Positions 43,504 through 56,195 of a stretch of 64,000 bases of DNA are shown piece by piece. Made by a program: the position numbers and the translations under genes. Location: positions 6,572,001 through 6,636,000 of the forward strand of contig CP075495.1 in the NCBI GenBank assembly GCA_021613535.1. The letters are read 5' to 3'. This DNA is from Adineta vaga. Its lineage: Eukaryota; Animalia; Rotifera. Within the stretch, counting starts at the first letter, position 1. Every line of letters starts with the position of its first letter. The notes under the pieces were generated by a model, which saw only the letters and a list, made by a program, of their open reading frames with translations, did no database searches and was not told the DNA's origin.

Positions 43504-44798
43504 ATGTTCAATTCGGGAAGTATTGAACGACCATATTCATTTTTATTAATTAAGAAAAAATATTTGATCTATTCAATTGTTTATCTTCTTATTCTTCTTC
43601 TCATCATGTACACTAGTTCTTCATTGTCAAAAATACATACCGAAAAGATACGTTTTTTAATGAATGCTGTAGTAAAAACGGCGATGACGACAGCGATGAC
43701 AACAGTATCAACAATTTCTTCGACGCTCACACATCCCTGACTACACTTACAACTACTTTATCTAATCAAATAACGACTAATAAAACGGTTCCGCCAGCAA
43801 CAATAACAACTGATCCTCTTGGTCCACTATGTGATAATATATCTGAATCAAACAATCTTAGTATATCACAAAATCCATGTGAACAAATGCGTTGTAATGT
43901 TATCCTACGTGAAACCAGTGGTGGACTTGGTAATCGTATGTTTATGTATGCAAGTGCATATGGTTTAGCTCGTACAAAAAATTGTCGTTTACATGTTCAT
44001 ATTTTTGTCCTACATGAATTTGCAAAAAGTTTTGAAATGAAAAAAATTGATGAAAATATGTGGTTATCATCTGAGGCATATTCGAAATTAACTAATGTCG
44101 TAGAAAGAAATTCAATTTGTACATATCAGTCTGATTTACTACGAACGAATGCATTTAAAAATATAGAACTTATCGGTTATTGGCAATCCTATTTACACTT
44201 TGATGCCTTTCGAGAAGAAATTCGTGAAATATTTAGTGCTCGACTAGAGACATTGAAGCATATAGGTGCATATTTCCGGGATATTACCATGGATATTTGT
44301 CCATCATGTTTACCAATATTTGCCAAAACTCAAAAAGAACTTTGTCATACTTTCCGAACACGTTATAATATTACTTGGATTAGTATTCACATTCGCCTTT
44401 ATGATTTTAAACGTATTGGTTATGCTTCTGACGATGCTTATATTTATCGTGCAATGGCCTATTTTCAAAGTCGATTCCATAATCAGGATGTTCGTTTTCT
44501 TATGGCTAGTGATGACAAACCATATTGTCATCATGCTTTCCGAGAAAAAATAGCTCGAAAAAAAGTGTTTCTTCTTCCAGATTATTTTTCAGCAGCTGAT
44601 GATTTGATTGCTCTTTCATTTTGTCATCATTCAATCGTAACCGGTGGTACGTTTGGCTTTTGGACTGCTTATTTTGCAGGTGGAGACGTTATACATGATA
44701 TTAAATACAAAGCCGTATGTGCACCAACAGATTATTACCCACCATGGTTTGTATTAGTAGGATCACCAATTCAGAAATTTCTCACTAACAAATCTTAA
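43504..44798 (+). CDS. GT11 alpha-1,2-fucosyltransferase, type II membrane, apparently intronless, with a -1 frame break near 43730
   Basis: ORF1 has a TM anchor (YLIYSIVYLLILLLIMY) and Thr-rich stem. ORF2 has GT11 motifs GGLGNRMFMYA, GYWQSY, ISIHIR, FLMASDD, CHHSIVTGGTFGFWTAY, YYPPWF. Confidence 0.82.
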
Positions 44799-44969
44799 CA
44801 TATTGTTTGATTGCTCGCTGTCGAATTGATGAGATATCGAAAGATTGTGTCTTGTTTTTTGTTAGGTGTTTCTTTTCGAACAATGATTGATCAATTTATC
44901 AGAAATTTATTTTACATTTTTCATGAAAGCATTAAATAAAAAAAACGATTCAAAAGATTAGCAATAGAA

Positions 44970-45364
44970 TCATTGCATTACAGTTGGATATAATATTAAA
45001 CCAACAAGTAAAATAATAGAACCGGAAACTAAAATTTTATCCATTAAATTACTATTTGTTGAGAAAGATGGTGAGAACAATTGTTGTGATACCAATGTTA
45101 AATCTGAATTAATCGTAAGATTTTGATGTGTTTCGTTCAACTACAAATAGTTTAGTAAAATATGTTATCATTAATAAAACGATTGAAGATACATACAAAA
45201 TTATAATCAGGCCATACTGCACGACATTTCGGGCAAGTAGATTTTTTTAAACGAAGTAAAGTTGTAACACATTCTTCGCAAAATGTGTTTCGATGTGCAC
45301 AATCAATTAATGGATTATCAATTGGTTTTTGAAGAAAACAAACTTCACAACAATTATCATCCAT
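44970..45364 (-). CDS. Small RING-finger protein with C-terminal transmembrane tail anchor (2 exons)
   Basis: CEVC...CAH..FCEEC...CPKC RING pattern. GTATGT...TAG intron. Exon 2 ends ILVSGSIILLVGLILYPTVMQ* (stop 44970). Confidence 0.75.
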
Positions 45365-46044
45365 GAAGATCGTAAATGGAATAAAGTAATTCGTATTGAG
45401 TACTCTCTGAAAATATATATGACGGTAGATGTGCTTTTACGCTTGTATATCTTGATGACGATGATTGCACTGCGTTTATTGCTTTTGCCTGTTCTCTCTG
45501 TTACAGAGAGAAATGAAAATGACTTGTTTGCACACTGCCGATCAGCTAAAGAAAAGAAAAAAAATGATCATTTTGATTAACACGTGAAAAATATTTGTTT
45601 GATTTTATAGAGGTCTAGTTACATCTGCTTCATTCGTCAATATCATATGTTTATATAACCATTAGAATGATAGAAATCTTAAATCCAATAAAATGTTCTG
45701 TGAACTATATTACTCATAGACTTGTTAAATATTTAAATGGAAAACCGATTCGAGTAAATATTACTTCAAGTTTATCAGTTACATAGTTTATTATTTCTTG
45801 GTTTTTCATGCGTATCAATCATTCCTTTTTGATCCATAACATCATCAGTTGTAAAATATTCAATTCATTAGAAAAAGTGTGTTATTTTCCTGTCAAATGA
45901 AATGGATAAACCAAAAAGATAATATTTCGAAACACCAAACATGATTTGATCTACAATAGAAAATAAATGATATACCTTTTCTCTACGCATTAATCTATGT
46001 CAGATATTTCGATTTATATAAAAATGATAAAAACTAAAAGTCTA

Positions 46045-49000
46045 TTATAAACCATGAGGAGCAACTGGTTCAAAAGCTGGTAGAATATACATATTCTCCC
46101 ATACATGCGAAAGACACACAGATGCATGAAAACGAAAGAAAATTTGTAATGGTGTTGCAATAGCAGCAATGATTGACCAAGGTATAACATGATAAAAAGC
46201 TAATTGAAACGGATTCGCTTCATGTTTCGTAGTTGTTGTTGTTTCTTCAAACCATAAACTGAGATCAATCATAATTAATAATGTAATGACTTCACGTGCG
46301 GGATATTGATGTTTATTTGTTCGATTCAAACGTTTACGTAATGCAACAAGTATAAAGAATGCATGAACAGTAGCTTCAAGAAATTCTAAACGAAGACGAT
46401 GAAAAGAAAAATAATTACAAAGAAAGCTGGTTTTGCAGATTTCATTTTTATGAAATACCTAAAACAACGATTACAATTTTAAGATAAGCAATCCATGTTG
46501 AATGATTCTTATTATTAAGTAAAGCAAACGCACTGAAGATTGTATATAGATAAGTTCCTGTTAACGAAACAATAATAAGAACATCATCAAAACCTAGAAA
46601 AAGATTTTTTTATTTAGATTGAAATAAATATTCAAGTCTTTTCATACGTGTTGTCGTTCGTTTATATTGTAATTTTCGTATTTTAAGTAATGCCCATGTT
46701 GTTGCAACTAATGATATACATAATAAAAATAAATTGACAATTTCGATGATAGCAATACTATATAAGATTGTCTTTGGTGTTTCGGAAACGGCTTTCAATG
46801 GTGTAAGTGTTGTAACAGTAGGAATATGATAACGACTAGCTAATGTTGAGGTAATCATTGCAGCATAAGGATGAATTTGATGATGTTGAGAATTATCTGC
46901 ACGCATTGTTAAGGATGATGATGATACATGTGGATCATCACCAATTTTATTACGAAAAACTGCATAAAGAATAATTGATATAACTGTACATGAAAATACG
47001 ATCATTCCAGTAAATAAACCCTTTATTGAAGCATGACAATTAACCATAAAAACATTTTTTGATGAAGCTTTATCAGACATTTTATAAGCAAATGTTCTTC
47101 CAATATTTTCCCAAATAAGAAAAAATAACTAACGAAAACGAACAACAAATCCACAAGTTTCATTCAGAAATACTTTCATATACAAACCGTTAAACACATT
47201 AGACTAAATTCAATTGTACAGGGATATAAAAGTGGTTTCAATCTCATATAACCAACATTAATAAAAGCATTCATTTGTATCGCATCTTCAACAGATTGTA
47301 TACAATTATATGGAGCAGAAGTTGAATGATGAAATTGATCAGCTGAATGTAGAGTACCTATTGATTTCAATATATACATATACATATATATATATTTAGA
47401 TAAAGTCAATATGATATTGATATACTAGTAATTGAAGAAGCGACACTGGACAATGGTGCCATCGCTGCATCATGACTACTGATTTCAATTATTTGTAATT
47501 TTGTTTCAATGACAACCATTCGAAACCTAAAGAAAATAGATAATACAACCAATTTTTCCTACGATAAAATCATTAAACTATATACCAAACACATAAATTT
47601 GTCACAACAATATGCATAACAGCTAATCTGGCAAGACTTTCATGCGCTCGAATAATTAACTAAATAGGAAATTTCATCTTTGCAATATTAAATTTAGTCT
47701 TACATTTGAATGTTTGAAAATAAAGAAGAATTGAATAAAACTAAATAATAATCTTGATATATCATCCATAACTGCTGTCCATCTAGCGCAAGGAATAGTT
47801 TCTAGATTACTTAATATCGATAAACCTGAATGTATGACTGTACCAAGACAAAAAACTAAAATAAAATCGAGATTATTAAGAAATGAACATGTATTTTCCT
47901 TATACTTCCAATTCCGACACGGATATAAAGACCACCAGCTGTTGAATGATCATCATAATTATAACCAATAACACGTTGTACAATACTATCTTTTCTATGA
48001 CGTACATAAGTTCTTAAATGATGTGCAGCACCCGGATCTAATGCACGTCGTCGAGTGGAAAAATCTCGTGTTGTATCAGCACGATTTCTCATGATCATTG
48101 ATGATTTTGTTGATATATCATCTAATGATTGTGATTTATTTTGAATATGACGTGAATTTGGATTACAATTATCATCGTCATCATCATGTGCTTTCATTGA
48201 ATCTGTTCCACGTCGATGGTTTTCATTTGTATGATCATCATCTTCATTATTGGATTCAAATTCATCGGAATCATCGAATAATTGTAAATTAAAATGAGGT
48301 GTTGATGATAATTTTGTTGGTTCTTCTTTGGAGAATGATGATGGATGTTTACTTCTCGATAAACGTAGATTGACACTACTTTTAGGTGCATGTGTCATTT
48401 CTAATTTATTAATTACTGAAGCATTTATCGGTAGTTTATGTCGATGATGAACAATATCAAACATACAAAATATAATCCAAAAGATCGAGACCCAATAGAG
48501 ATATGTAAAATAAATCTATGCATAGAAATAAAACAATTTATAGTATGTAAAGTTTCAAAAGATTTTACCTCAGCTAAACGTTTAATATTTTCAGTTTCTT
48601 CCGTTGGAATAATCGCATGTGAAATTGAAAAAGCCACTCCGCCGACAAAAATAACTAAAGGAAAGAGTGTTGTCGCTGTTCCAAGAATTCTATAAATTAC
48701 TTACCCAATCCATAGAGTATACTAAAGATTTTGTAAACATCTGAGTTTTCATCATTACTTCTAAAAATCGAATAAAATAAAACATAAATACAACCAATCA
48801 TAACGTATCATACATATATTTTATTTGTTGAACATATGTTCTCATGACTGTCATCGTTCAAAATAAGCTTTGGTTCTTTCTCAATTGTCCTTGTTACTTG
48901 ACCTCAGTCATAGTCACTAATCGAAATCTCGATATTTATTCAACTTACACTCACATAGTAACTTGACCCAAAAGAATCTTATTGACTAACGAATGTTCAT

Positions 49001-50526
49001 TTCTTCTCGAATTACTCTTCATAATGTATGTATGTATGTATGTATGTATGTATGTATGTATGTATGTATGTGAAGTAAATCGAACAAAACAAACTAGTTA
49101 TATGTATCTCAAAAAGTTTTTATGTATTGATTTATTAGAAATGATAATCGAAGGTGTAAAAAGAAAACTTTACCTATTATGTTTGCGAAATTTGAATAAA
49201 AAAAATCGGTGCTTCCTATGATCATCTTTAGCCATCAGATTTTTAATATCAAAAGATTATTTTCGAATAAATCACGCGTCTATTTTTTCTTCACCTATAT
49301 ATATATATATATATCATTATTTTTTCTCCAATATAATTTCGTAGTTTTGATGAATCAATACCTATATCATATCGTCATAGATGAGAAAATATGTTGTTTG
49401 CTGTTTTTTCTGTGCTTATTTCTGCTTTCTATAACTGTCAAAAAAAATCAAGTTGAAAAGTTATGCATTCTATTTTTGAGTAGTTTTTTTATTAAGATAC
49501 AAATTTGCTTAGTAGATAAATCCTTTATGAATGAAAAGTGAAATTTAAAATATTTTTCACAAAATCGTTTAATAGATTTTTATAGGTGTAACGAAGAAAA
49601 CAAATCTATTGATAATAATTATAATTTTATCATTATATATTATATTTTCGAAAGGTAGAGAACTTGCTAAATTGTCTATAAAAAATAGATAATATTATTT
49701 TCGCACTCATAGTATATTTTTCATTATGGTTCTATATGTGCTGAATTTGTGTGCTTATGATGAACTAATATATGAGATGAAGTCATAGATGCAATTAATT
49801 CTATTTTTCAAATAAAAAGTTAAATCGAAGTTTTTGAGAATCTGATAAAGAATTCGTCATGGTTGACTGCGATTTCTATCGATGTTTATTGACATATGAA
49901 AACTATCAATCCAGACCTGATTTTGATTGCACTCGATATGTATTTATAATTTGTGATTCATAACTATCGTATTATTCAACATAGTTTGTCAAATATATAT
50001 TCATGAGAAAAAAGGATCTTACATCATTTATAGGATTAATCAAACTAAAGAAAGATTTGTATGATGGTTTGTTCATACCTATCATGAAGAAGTAGACTTG
50101 TCCAATGTGATTTTCTCGGTGAAGAATATAATCCATGAGAAAATGAATTGTTTGAAAAACGTTGTTTGGGTTATAACTATCGGATAGATCGTTTTGTATT
50201 TGATTTGATGGTACTATGTCTGAAACAAGTATTGTTTGAAAGTCTTCCATTTTTTCTTCATCATTATTTTCTAATAGTCTTTGACAAGCATTCACACGTG
50301 AAGATGTCGATTGCCATCGAGTAGAGGATCTTGATTTTTTAGCAGAATTATTTATTGCAGTTGGTAAACTTAAATTTGAAGCAATATTTTCACTATTTTG
50401 TCTTGATCGTTCGTCAAATGACGTCGAACGTTGTGTTTTTGATTGATCTAAAGTACGACCAGACGGTACAGTTAGATAATCAATAGGAGCATCCGATGTT
50501 GTTAACATAGTGAAAAATCTTCTCAA
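46045..50526 (-). CDS. Otopetrin-family proton channel
   Basis: GGLYIRVGIG, LARLAVMHIVVTNLCVW, LLYPCTIEFSL, VNCHASIKGLFTG, REVITLLIMIDLSLW, IATPLQIFFRFHASVCL. The core (46045-48760) is solid; the 5' exon structure up to 50526 is uncertain. Confidence 0.85.
49024..49071. repeat. (TATG)n microsatellite, about 12 units
   Basis: atgtatgtatgt... run in an otopetrin intron. Confidence 0.9.
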
Positions 50527-51261
50527 TGTTTCTCGATATTTTATTTCGTTTAGGTACTAAGATCATATGACATAAAGGCGTTTTTTTTATTGACTGGTTT
50601 CTTTAATGGATACTTTAACGTTGAATGCAATAAACGTTACCTTGATTGTTGTCTTGAAGAATAGCGTGAGGAGAAACACATGCTTCATATAGTTTTATAA
50701 TAACATCAATTAATATATAGGTATAAAAGAGAACATAAACAAATCGAATCGTCGTCCTTTTGTCATTTATTTTTATTTTTTAGTCAATAAAAATTTATTG
50801 AAATTAATACAAGAAAATATCGAGATGAAAGAAATGAGTAATTCTTTAAAATCATATACATATTTACATGATTGTCAAACGATATAAACATAGATAATTA
50901 GTTACAAATTTTAAATTTTGATTTTTTCAAACTCTTTTGTAACGGAAAACAGATTTTTCATAAAATCCTCTTTTTCCGAGAATAATTTCACATAAAAATG
51001 AACTCATGAAGATCAGAAAGAATTTCAAACACTTTGTTAAGATTTAAAAAATACATCGAATATGATTCTTGTTATTTTCAAGATGGGTCTAAGTTAGTAT
51101 ATCCACGTATATTCACAGTTGTCGCTAGTACACTATTCTGTATATATGTGAAGTATTCTATCCAATAAGATAACGAATAAAAATAGAAGAAGATCGTTTG
51201 TCCACAATCGATCGATCTATATTATCTTCCATTCCATTCGCGTTTATTTATTTTCAAGAAA

Positions 51262-52231
51262 ATGTTTTCGGATGATGGATTTTTAAGTGATAAATTTTCC
51301 AACAAAGGTCCAAATCAAACACATATTTTTACATCATTTCCAGATTCTGCCGTAGATCCTGATGATGATTCTTCATCCGATCATAGATTAAGTAATGATC
51401 AAACCTATGGATATAATCCATCAAATTCTCAACAAACAACTCTTCCATTACCTGCGACTGCGACTGATCCCAAAGATGAACAGTATCATATGTTGCAAGT
51501 TGAATATTATCAAAGATATTTTCAAGTTGATACTCAACAAGTTTTAGAACGCTTATTAGCATCGATGACACCACGTCCAAATAAATCCTATTTTAATTCA
51601 ACAATCAGACAAAATCCGGATTTATACGGACCATTTTGGGTTTGTATTACTTTTATAGTAACTGTCGCTATTAGTGGAAATATTCTAACATATTTCTATG
51701 TTCCTGATACCGATTTTCAAATTGATTTTTCTAAGATAACTTTATCTACTATTGTAAGTGAATGAAGATTAGCTTTTTTTTTGGATGAAACAAAACTTTA
51801 ACTTTTATTTCTAGCTTATTTGTCTATATTGGTGGTTAATGCCAGCATGTATTTATTTCTTCTTTCGATGGCATCTTAAACGTATCGAATATACATTCAT
51901 TGAATTACTTTGTATTTATGGTTATAGCTTAACAATATTTATTCCTGTATCAATTTTATGGATGATTCCAATCTCTTGGTTACAATGGTTATTAACAATA
52001 TTAGCATCAGTAATCAGTGGAAGTGTTTTAATCGTAACCTTTTGGCCAACAATTAATTCGGATCAAAAACGTTTTAATGCAATTTCAATGTTATTCGTTC
52101 TTTTAGCACATTTATTAATGGCTGTTGGTATTATGCTAGTTTTCTTTCATATCTCAGATAAAAATATTCAAATGATTAAACGACCAACAATGTTAACGAC
52201 GATGATTTCATCAGTGAAGAGTAGAGCTTAA
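51262..52231 (+). CDS. YIPF1: Yip1-domain protein YIPF1/YIPF2-like
   Basis: EYYQRYFQVDTQQVLERL, IRQNPDLYGPFWVCITF, ELLCIYGYSLTIFIPVSILWMIP. One intron at about 51754-51813. Confidence 0.88.
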
Positions 52232-52533
52232 TCTTGGAAATGTTCGATTTTTATCAGTATTGTTATTGTTTTAGAGTTAGAATAAAAAGGTCGAAGACAA
52301 ATGAATTATCTATTGTTTTTCTTCGCTAAGTGAGATGTATGTATTATTAAGTGATCAATAGCAAATAAACGAGAATAGACTTTGAAACTGTTGATGTTGA
52401 GCGGTACCTAGAAGTATTTGGCTATCTAATAAAACGATATTTATTAGATGAATTTGCTTACTCTAATAAATAGATACGAATATCCGATTCTGAAATCTAT
52501 GTTTTAGATTAGAATATCTATAGAGAAAAAGAA

Positions 52534-54227
52534 ATGCCACCAAAGAAGAAAGAAGAACTTAAACCAAAACCACTTATTGGTCGAGTGGGTACTAATCTTA
52601 AAATGGGTATTGTTGGTTTACCAAATGCTGGGTTAGCTTCTATTCTTACGCATTACAAAATATTCTGTTCATGTCGTTTCGATATTTTTTCGTTTTTAGA
52701 AAATCAACTTTTTTCAACATCCTAACAAAATCAAGTGTACCAGCGGAAAACTTTCCTTTTTGTACGATCAATCCAAATGAAAGTAAGAGAACGAAATCAT
52801 TTTATTGCTTCTTTCTTCAATTGAATAATGATACTCTAGGTCGAGTACCAGTACCCGATTCAAGATTTGACTTTTTATGTCAACATTACGAACCATTAAG
52901 GTACTATATTCACAAACTAATCTCATCCTTAACTATGTGTTTTTTTTTCGTATAATTTAGTAAACAACCGGCATATCTCAATGTAAATAATTCACAGAAT
53001 TTATTTGTTTTGTACTATTTCTGTTCTGAAACTTAGGTTGTCGATATTGCTGGTTTAGTAAAAGGTGCTAGTGAGGGTCAAGGTATGTATGATGTTAAAT
53101 ATATGTATCATTAACAGATACTTCGTTTCTTTAGGTCTTGGTAATGCATTTCTTTCACATATAAAAGCATGTGATGGTATTTTTCATATGGTTCGAATTT
53201 TTGATGAACCTGATATCGCTCATGTGGAGGGAAATGTTGATCCAGTTCGTGATATTGAAATTATTCATGATGAATTAAGGTTTGAATTTGTATGTCAAGA
53301 AGAAGAAAATGTATTTTTAATTTAGATTGAAAGATGTCGAAATGATAAAAAAAGTTCATGAAGATTTAGAGAAAAAAGTCGTTCGTGGAAATGATAAAGC
53401 ATTAAAACTTGATTTTGTATGTTTGCAATATTTTTCATTGATTCTTATACTATTTGTATTCATCGTTCTAGGATACTGTTACTAAAGTATTAAATATGAT
53501 TAAAGAAGAAAAAGGTAGTGTTCGTTTTCAGGATTGGAATGAAAAAGAAATCGAAGTTTTAAATAAACATCTCTTAAATACATCAAAACCAATGATTTAT
53601 TTGTTGAATATGTCGGAAGAAGATTATATTAAGAAAAAAAATAAATGGTTAGGAAAAGTTAAACAATGGATTGATGAACATGATCCCGGTGCGACTGTTA
53701 TACCATTCAGTGCGAATTATGAATATAGTCTTGTTGATTTATCGGATGAGGAACGTGAAAAAGTCATTAAAGAATCTGGAGCACCAAGGTAAGTCTCTTC
53801 AAGAATAATAAAACTTCCATTTAATGAGAAATGTTCTTTCTTTAAAGTGCATTGGAAAAAATCATTCTTGCTGGTTATCGAGCCTTGCAATTATGTTATT
53901 TTTTTACATGTGGAAAAGATGAAGTCAAAGCATGGACAATACAAGTTGCAACAAAAGCACCACAAGCTGCTGGACGTATTCATACGGATTTTGAAAAAGG
54001 GTTTATTATGGCGGAAGTAATGAAATTTGATGATTTCAAAGAATTTGGAAATGAAAATGCTGTTAAAGTAGGATTAAATCATCTTGACGAGATTGATAAG
54101 ATAATTTTATTATTCGTAGGCTGAAGGAAAATATCGTCAACAAGGCAAAAATTATACGGTTGAAGACGGAGATATAATTTATTTTAAAACTAATACAGGT
54201 GGTGGTTTAAATGCAGCAAAGAAATAG
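52534..54227 (+). CDS. OLA1: Obg-like ATPase 1 (YchF family)
   Basis: MPPKKK...[113 protein letters not shown]. Stop TAG at 54225-54227. Confidence 0.96.
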
Positions 54228-54355
54228 GCTCAACTGGTTTTTGTTTTTGTTTTTATTTTCTTTTTCGCATTACTACTTTCTTTTCTTTTCTTTTCTGATC
54301 CGTTGTTTGTCATCGTTTTGATCAGTTCAAAGATTTTCTCCCATTCATTCTAGAT

Positions 54356-55072
54356 ATGTCGTGGAATTCAGCAGAGTTTTTTAATCAACAATATACTGAA
54401 TCAACATCTTCTCAATTTGAACAATATGCCAATGGAAATTTTATGACATCACCATTTCATTACAATTCTCAAATAAATAATTCAAATCAATTCTATTGTC
54501 CAAATGATTATATTCCACCAATAGTTTCATCAACTTTAGATGAAATTGAAAATAATGAACCACCTTTATTAGAAGAATTAGGCATTAATTTTGAACATAT
54601 ATTCAAAAAAACGAAAGCTGTTTTAAATCCATTTACAACACCTGACTATTCAATTCTTGATGATGTAGATTTAGCTGGTCCATTAGTATTTTGTCTCGCA
54701 TTTGCTTTTAGTCTTTTATTATTAGGTAAAATTCATTTTGGTTATGTTTATGGCATTGTTACTTTAGGTACTTTTGGAATGTATACATTATTAAATCTTT
54801 TAACATCACCCGATAAATCATGTTCAAGTATATTTGTTACAAGTGTACTTGGTTATTGTCTTTTACCTATGGTTTTTCTCTCATTTTCATCATGTATATT
54901 TCATTTAAATGGCTTTCTTGGAATGATCATTGCGATCATTTTTATCTTCTGGTCATCAATATCAGCATCGAAACTCTTTGCAACATCTTTAGCAATGATA
55001 GGACAACAATTACTTGTTGCTTATCCATGTGCTTTATTCTATGGTGTTTTTGCTTTATTAACAATGTTTTAA
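54356..55072 (+). CDS. YIPF5: Yip1-domain protein YIPF5/YIPF7 (Yip1A)-like, intronless
   Basis: NEPPLLEELGINFEHIFKKTKAVLNP, DLAGPLVFCL, GKIHFGYVYG, SVLGYCLLPM, QQLLVAYPCALFYGVFALL. Confidence 0.92.
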   Translation: MSWNSAEFFNQQYTESTSSQFEQYANGNFMTSPFHYNSQINNSNQFYCPNDYIPPIVSSTLDEIENNEPPLLEELGINFEHIFKKTKAVLNPFTTPDYSILDDVDLAGPLVFCLAFAFSLLLLGKIHFGYVYGIVTLGTFGMYTLLNLLTSPDKSCSSIFVTSVLGYCLLPMVFLSFSSCIFHLNGFLGMIIAIIFIFWSSISASKLFATSLAMIGQQLLVAYPCALFYGVFALLTMF

Positions 55073-55118
55073 AACAAAAAGAAATGTGTGTGTTTTGTTT
55101 TTCTCACATTATTAATCT

Positions 55119-55893
55119 TTAGTCATTGATATTGGGTGTAGCTAATGTCGAATCAGATAATGATTTTTGCATAGGCGATTGGAATTTTAATTGTTTTTTA
55201 AATAAATTTCCTGTAATACTTTCTGATTTACTTCTCCGTTTATTAATCAATGGTCGACAATCAATTAATTTCATAATTGTTGAATCTTTTTGAGCAATTG
55301 TCACAAATTCACTTTTCGTTACTGTACTAAGAAGTTCATCACTATCGATATCATCTTGATTTGATAAAAATAATTCTTTGACACGTTCAATTGCATCATC
55401 ATATACTTCAACTCGTGACATATCAACATCAGATAATTCATAAAGAGCTTGAACAATATTTTCAAGTTCGAAAGCATCAAGTTGATTATCATTATCTAGA
55501 AAGGAAAAGACGAAAGTTTGATATATGAGAATTTAATTCATTACCTCGATCACATAAGTCAAATGCCCATCGAATCTTTTCTGTAGGTGATGCTTTTGTA
55601 GTATAATATAATCCTGTTATAAATTCTTCGAAATCAACCATTTCATCTCGATTAGTATCATAAGCATCAAATGCATATTTAGCAAAATTTTCCGTTGCAC
55701 CATGATGAAATAAAGTCTGATAGAATTTCTCAAAATCAGCCAATGTTAAATAGCCTGTTGGTGTATATTTAAGAAAATCATAATAGAAATATTGGATTTC
55801 ATCAGGTAAAAATGATGTTGCACTTGTAATACGACGAAGAACAACTTGTTCAAGTGGTGGGACTGAAGAATATCGACTTTTTTTTTGACCCAT
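55119..55893 (-). CDS. Neuronal calcium sensor family EF-hand protein (NCS-1/hippocalcin-like)
   Basis: MGQKKS myristoylation-type start, TPTGYLTLADF, AFDAYDTNRDEMVDFEEF, EKIRWAFDLCDRDNDNQLDAFEL. One intron at about 55497-55544. Confidence 0.85.
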
Positions 55894-56195
55894 TCGAGCA
55901 AAAATGAATCTGATTTATAAAAATCTTATGATGTTGTTTTTTCTTCATTACCAATTCCATATCAATAACAAAAATTAATTCAGCATCTGTGACATTAATT
56001 TATCTTTCTTCAATTACTTATACATTCCTTTTTTGGTATTATTTAGTCATTGACTTTACCTGTTATCAAAAAATAGATAAGTAAAACAATAGAGAATACC
56101 TTAAATGGTTAGACAATAATCATTCGAATAGCCTATATAAATTCTTTGAAATATCAATATGAAATTATTCTATATTTTCAAAGTTATTCAACAAG

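Noticed and set aside
45600-46000. Coding-like fragments between the RING and otopetrin genes
   Set aside because: Multiple stops in all frames; unassignable.
54225-54353. Stop-codon readthrough of OLA1 giving a hydrophobic tail or YIPF5 fusion
   Set aside because: Hydrophobicity follows trivially from T-richness, the stop context is not a known leaky motif, and the 128-nt spacer is out of frame with YIPF5.
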